In this document: positions 59,642-64,000 of the stretch, one piece after another
Layout of the letters: every line of letters begins with the position of its first letter
How positions within the stretch are numbered: position 1 is the first letter of the stretch
Program-made: the position numbers and the translations under genes
Source of the DNA: a bacterium
GTDB taxonomy: Bacteria; UBA8248
DNA: 64,000 nucleotides
Assembly: GCA_965207065.1 (NCBI GenBank)
Contig: OZ242260.1
Coordinates: forward strand, 4,192,001-4,256,000
Direction: 5' to 3'
The notes under the pieces: generated by a model
Seen by the model: only the letters and a program-made list of their open reading frames with translations
What the model was told of the DNA's origin: nothing
The model's database searches: none

Positions 59642-60208
59642 GGGTTGCGAGCGCGCGTTCCGGATGAGCAAGTATAAGGCGTAGAAGAAAACCAGACGGC
59701 CGAGCCAGGGCAGGACGGGCCTGAGCCAATCCCACGAAAAACCCGTCTCGCAAACGACGACACCCACCAGAGCGTAAAAACAGACCCCCGCCCACTTTCC
59801 CGCCGCATCCTCGGGCAGGGACTCGCCCGCCCTCCGGGCTTCCCTCCGGCAGCGCCACAGGAACTGAACACCCAGCGTCAATACGCCCAGCGCAGCCCAG
59901 GGGCCGACCCGCCCCGTCCAGGCGGCGGCTGAGAGCGCCGCCGCGTTGAAAGCCACGTCCGATAGGGCATCCACCTGTCCCCAGAAATAACTCTTCGCAC
60001 CCGCGCGCCTGGCCAGCGGGCCGTCAATCAGGTCGCTTAAAATCGCGTAGAGGTATACGGCGATGAGCAGGACACGCCACCGTGCATCGGGTGCGGAATC
60101 CATTTCGAGCAACGCCCAGACAATTAGTGGAATCGTGAAAATCCGCGCGAGCGTGAGGCCCCTCGCCAGATACGCGAGTATCGGATTGAACGATCCCTCC
60201 CCGTCCAT
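59633..60208 (-). CDS. CDP-alcohol phosphatidyltransferase family
   Basis: LTLARI and DLIDGPLAR.......GQVDALSD signature. Confidence 0.85.
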   Translation of the reverse strand: MDGEGSFNPILAYLARGLTLARIFTIPLIVWALLEMDSAPDARWRVLLIAVYLYAILSDLIDGPLARRAGAKSYFWGQVDALSDVAFNAAALSAAAWTGRVGPWAALGVLTLGVQFLWRCRREARRAGESLPEDAAGKWAGVCFYALVGVVVCETGFSWDWLRPVLPWLGRLVFFYALYLLIRNARSQPGT

Positions 60209-60271
60209 CTGGCTTCCTCCCCAGCGGCCAAGCGCATGAAAACGCGAAAAACCCAGATCACTCTGCCTCAA

Positions 60272-60300
60272 TTGACACGCCCGCCGCAAAGTTCTAGCTT
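60272..60300 (+). promoter_or_regulatory. Putative sigma70 promoter for the molybdoenzyme operon
   Basis: TTGACA-17 nt-TAGCTT. Confidence 0.6.
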
Positions 60301-60356
60301 TGAACTTCCATAGCCACGATACGAGGAACGCGTTTCACCACTAGTGAGGAATCTTC

Positions 60357-61877
60357 ATGCCCAAGTACGCAATGGCGATCGACCTCGAATCCTGCATCGG
60401 ATGCCATGCCTGCACGATCGCCTGTAAATCCGAACACGATATTCCCATCGGCGTCTGGCGATGCTGGGTGAAGGAAGTCGAAAAAGGCGCCTTCCCGAGC
60501 ACAAGGAGGGAATTTCTGCCCGTCCTGTGCAATCAGTGCGACGACGCGCCTTGCCAGAACATCTGCCCGACGAAGGCGCTCTTCCGGCGCAGCGACGGAA
60601 TCGTGGACCTGGACCCGGAATGGTGCATCGGGTGCAAGTCCTGCATTGCGGCGTGTCCCTACGATCAGCTCTTCATCGACCCCAACACGATGACGGCGGA
60701 GAAATGCAACTTCTGCGCAAACCGCCTCGAAGCGAACCTGGAACCCGCCTGCGTGGTGGTCTGTCCCACGCAGTGCCGCGTGTTCGGCGACGTCGAGGAT
60801 GCGGATTCGAAGATATCGAAACTCACCACGCAGCGCCCCTACAACGTGAGAAAGCCCGAATACAACACCGCGCCCAACATCTATTATCTCGAGGGCAGCC
60901 GCCAGCTCCTGGACCCCACCGAGGCGGGCCAGTCGGGCATCTACAAGCAGGGCGAGATGGACATGGAGAAAGAAGACGTCGTGCCCGAGTGGGAGAACAA
61001 GCCCGGCGAGAGCCGCACCGTGTACGACACCTTCCACGAGGTTCCCTGGGAGACGAAGATCATCACCTATCTGCTGACCAAGGGCGCGAGCACGGGTCTT
61101 CTGGTCATCAGCCTCTTTATGTGGATGTTCGGCTACAAGAGTTCGCTGTTCTCCTTCTGGATGCCCGCGCTGAGCGGCATCCTCCTCGCCGCCACGGGGG
61201 CGGTGCTCATCACCGACCTCAAGCGGCCCGAGCGGTTCTACTACATCATGCTGCGTTCGAACTGGGGAAGCTGGATGGCGTGGGGCACTTGGTTCATCGC
61301 GCTCGACGGCGTCTTCACCCTCCTGTGGGTGATTGGCGCCCTGTTCGGCGCAGAGGGCTTCATGGGCCTCATCCTGTGGCCCACCATCCTCATGGGCGTG
61401 CTCGCATCGATATACACGGGCTTTTTCTTCGCCCAGGCCTCGGCGCGCGATTTGTGGAAAGGAAGCGAGAACACCCTGGACATCGGCGTGCAATCGGGAC
61501 TCAAGGGCGCGGCTATCTTGCTTCTCTTCGCCACGCTGTTCCCGATCCAGAATCAGGCCTCGGCCCTGACCATCCTGGGCGGGCTGCTCGCCATTCTCGT
61601 TCTGCTGCACCTGAGCATCCTGGTGTTCTCGATTCTCGTGCATCGATTCGGCTCCGTGGCGCATGAGCGGGCGATCCACCTGCTGACGAGCGGGCCGTTC
61701 AAGAACGATTTCTGGGGAGGCGCCATCGCCGTGGGATGCCTCGCTCCCCTGCTCCTGCTTTGGGCGGGAGGCTTCGGCGGTTTCGGCGCGGTGCTGGCCG
61801 GCATCATGGCCACGGCGGGCGCGTATCTTTGGGACAAAATCTGGGTGAAGGCCGGACAGGCCGTTCCCCTTTCGTAA
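60357..61877 (+). CDS. Fused four-cluster Fe-S protein (NrfC/PsrB-like) and NrfD/PsrC-like membrane anchor
   Basis: CIGCHACTIAC, CNQCDDAPC..ICP, CIGCKSCIAACPY, KCNFC..PAC..CP; then about 8 TM helices with DL.RPERF and SWMAWG. Confidence 0.92.
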   Translation: MPKYAMAIDLESCIGCHACTIACKSEHDIPIGVWRCWVKEVEKGAFPSTRREFLPVLCNQCDDAPCQNICPTKALFRRSDGIVDLDPEWCIGCKSCIAACPYDQLFIDPNTMTAEKCNFCANRLEANLEPACVVVCPTQCRVFGDVEDADSKISKLTTQRPYNVRKPEYNTAPNIYYLEGSRQLLDPTEAGQSGIYKQGEMDMEKEDVVPEWENKPGESRTVYDTFHEVPWETKIITYLLTKGASTGLLVISLFMWMFGYKSSLFSFWMPALSGILLAATGAVLITDLKRPERFYYIMLRSNWGSWMAWGTWFIALDGVFTLLWVIGALFGAEGFMGLILWPTILMGVLASIYTGFFFAQASARDLWKGSENTLDIGVQSGLKGAAILLLFATLFPIQNQASALTILGGLLAILVLLHLSILVFSILVHRFGSVAHERAIHLLTSGPFKNDFWGGAIAVGCLAPLLLLWAGGFGGFGAVLAGIMATAGAYLWDKIWVKAGQAVPLS

Positions 61878-61895
61878 TACGGGAGCTTCAAAAGC

Positions 61896-64000
61896 ATGAG
61901 CACAAGTCATCTACAAGTCGGCAAGGGCGCACGCGACATCGCCTCACTGGGCCGCCCCGATCTGCTGGCCAAGGCGCCGCCCACGGCGCCTGCGGGTCAA
62001 CTCAACTACACGAACACGAACGGCGCTCTCACCTCCTACCCGAGCCCGGACCAATGGGACAACTGGACGGAATACGAGAGCACCAAATGGCCGCAGAAGG
62101 TGGCGAGAAACTACGCGCTGGTCCCGACTCTCTGCTTCAACTGCGAGGCGGGCTGCGGACTCCTGGCCTACGTCGACAAGGACGACATGAAGATCCGGAA
62201 AATCGAGGGAAACCCGCTCCACCCCGCCTCGCGCGGACGCAACTGCGCGAAGGGATGGGTGACGCTCAACCAGGTCTACGACCCCGACCGCATCTTCTAT
62301 CCCCTGAAGCGCGTGGGCGAGCGCGGCGAGGGCAATTGGGAGCGCGTGAGCTGGGACGAGGCGCTCGACGACATCGCCGGCCGCATCAGAGAGGCGATCC
62401 TGGCGGAGCGGCGAAACGGCGTCATCTACCACGTGGGACGCCCTGGCGAGGACGGCTACATGTTCAAGACGCTCGCCGGCTGGGGCGTGGACGGCCACAA
62501 CAGCCACACCAACGTGTGCAGCTCCTCCGCCCGCATCGGCCAGTTCCTCTGGAACGGGTCGGACAGGCCCTCGCCCGATTTCACGAACGCAGACGCCATC
62601 CTGCTCATCAGCAGCCACCTCGACACGGGCCACTACTACAACCCCTCGGCCCAGCGCATCATCGAGGCGCAGACGAGCGGGGCCAAGCTCATCGTGATTG
62701 ACCCCAGGCTCTCCAACACGGCGGCGAAGGCCGACTACTGGCTGCCCGCCTACAGCGGCACCGAGAGCGCGATTCTGCTCGCCATCGCGCGCTACCTGCT
62801 CGATACCGGGCAGTTCGACGCGCAGTTCGTCGAGGAGTGGATGAACTGGACGGAATACATGCGGACCGTTCATCCCGACGAGGAGGCGAGCTTCGAGAAC
62901 TTCGTCGAGAAACTGAAACAAGAATACGCGGAGTTCACCTTCGAGTACGCGGCGGAGGAGACGGGCGTATCCGTTGACCTGATCGCCGAAGTCGCCCAGG
63001 TCGTCGCCCGCGCCGGCAGCCGCCTTTGCGTCCACGTCTGGCGCGCGGCCGCCACAGGCAACCTGCACGGCTGGCAGGTGGCGCGGTGTCTGCACTTCCT
63101 GCCGTCGCTTACGGGCGCGGTGGGCACGGTGGGCGGAACCCACCTGGCGAACACGCACAAGTTCGTGCCCAAACACCCCAACCCCGCTCCGGGACCCAAA
63201 GACTGGAACGAGCTTCTCTTCCCCCGGGAATACCCCCTCGCCTTCTTCGAGATGAGCTTCCTGATGCCCCATCTCATGAAGGACAAGGGCCACAGCGTCG
63301 ACGTCTACTTCACGCGGGTCTACAACCCGGTGTGGACGAACCCCGACGGCTTCATGTGGGTGGACATGCTCAAGGACCACGACAAGATTGGCTGCCACGT
63401 GGCGCTCACCCCCACCTGGAGCGAGACGGCGTGGTTCGCGGACTACATTCTGCCCATGGGCAACGCGACGGAGCGCCACGACAACCAGAGCCAGGAGACG
63501 CACCCCACGAAATGGGTGGGCTTCCGCCAGCCGGTGCTTCGAGCGCTGCGCGAAAAAATGGGCGAGACGTTCGAGACCTCCCGCGAGACGAACCCCGGCG
63601 AGGTGTGGGAAGAGGACGAGCTACACATCGAACTCTCCTGGCGCATCGACCCCGACGGTTCGCTCGGCATCCGGCAGTATTTCGAGAGTCCCTACAGGCC
63701 GGGCGAGAAGATAACGGTGAACGAGTATTACCAGTGGATGTTCGAGAACGGCGTCCCGGGCCTGCCCGAGGCCGCCGAGAAGGAAGGCATGACGCCGCTC
63801 GAATACATGCGTAAATACGGCGTCTTCGCCGTGCAGGAAAACGTGTACGAACCCCACATGCACGAGCTGTCGGACGAAGCGATGCACGACGCCCACGTGG
63901 ATGAGGCGACGGGCTCGGTCTGGAAAGACGGCGCGCTCATCGGCAACATGAGCCGGGGAAGAGCGAGAGAGGGCTTCCACACGCCGTCCAAGAAACTCGA
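61896..64000 (+). CDS. Molybdopterin oxidoreductase catalytic subunit (Psr/Phs-like; runs off the window)
   Basis: Open frame from ATG at 61896 (absent from the ORF track because it has no stop): CFNCEAGC..NCAKG, YPLKRVGERG, VSWDEALD, HTNVCSS. Confidence 0.9.
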   Translation, partial: MSTSHLQVGKGARDIASLGRPDLLAKAPPTAPAGQLNYTNTNGALTSYPSPDQWDNWTEYESTKWPQKVARNYALVPTLCFNCEAGCGLLAYVDKDDMKIRKIEGNPLHPASRGRNCAKGWVTLNQVYDPDRIFYPLKRVGERGEGNWERVSWDEALDDIAGRIREAILAERRNGVIYHVGRPGEDGYMFKTLAGWGVDGHNSHTNVCSSSARIGQFLWNGSDRPSPDFTNADAILLISSHLDTGHYYNPSAQRIIEAQTSGAKLIVIDPRLSNTAAKADYWLPAYSGTESAILLAIARYLLDTGQFDAQFVEEWMNWTEYMRTVHPDEEASFENFVEKLKQEYAEFTFEYAAEETGVSVDLIAEVAQVVARAGSRLCVHVWRAAATGNLHGWQVARCLHFLPSLTGAVGTVGGTHLANTHKFVPKHPNPAPGPKDWNELLFPREYPLAFFEMSFLMPHLMKDKGHSVDVYFTRVYNPVWTNPDGFMWVDMLKDHDKIGCHVALTPTWSETAWFADYILPMGNATERHDNQSQETHPTKWVGFRQPVLRALREKMGETFETSRETNPGEVWEEDELHIELSWRIDPDGSLGIRQYFESPYRPGEKITVNEYYQWMFENGVPGLPEAAEKEGMTPLEYMRKYGVFAVQENVYEPHMHELSDEAMHDAHVDEATGSVWKDGALIGNMSRGRAREGFHTPSKKL

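Overview
GC-rich bacterial chromosomal DNA with about 55 CDS. I found no rRNA, tRNA, CRISPR array, phage or transposase gene. Core metabolism: sdhCAB with a single cytochrome b anchor, korAB-type 2-oxoacid:ferredoxin oxidoreductase, tyrS, coaD, moaB, an aspC-like aminotransferase, and panE- and fabL-like genes. These are mixed with many catabolic paralogs of unknown substrate: three M24 peptidase-like, two amidohydrolase-2, two VOC, isochorismatase, cyclase, RraA, an OYE and two molybdopterin oxidoreductases. An AttEFGH-like ABC/lipocalin operon is also present. Three things stand out. (1) Seven intergenic sites carry a modular, nested repeat family: IS-like ends (GGGGTTGTTGAAAAA), two hairpin modules and GTAG-type REPs. 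Some copies show nested insertion with an apparent target duplication, and two supply the stop codon of a neighbouring gene. (2) A perfect 30-bp inverted repeat (16611-16640 / 30742-30771) brackets a 14-kb, visibly more AT-rich, repeat-free block that includes essential genes. (3) Inside that block, a MoxR-type AAA+ ATPase is translationally coupled to a large uncharacterised partner. Functional calls rest on motifs recognised by eye; no searches or computations were run.
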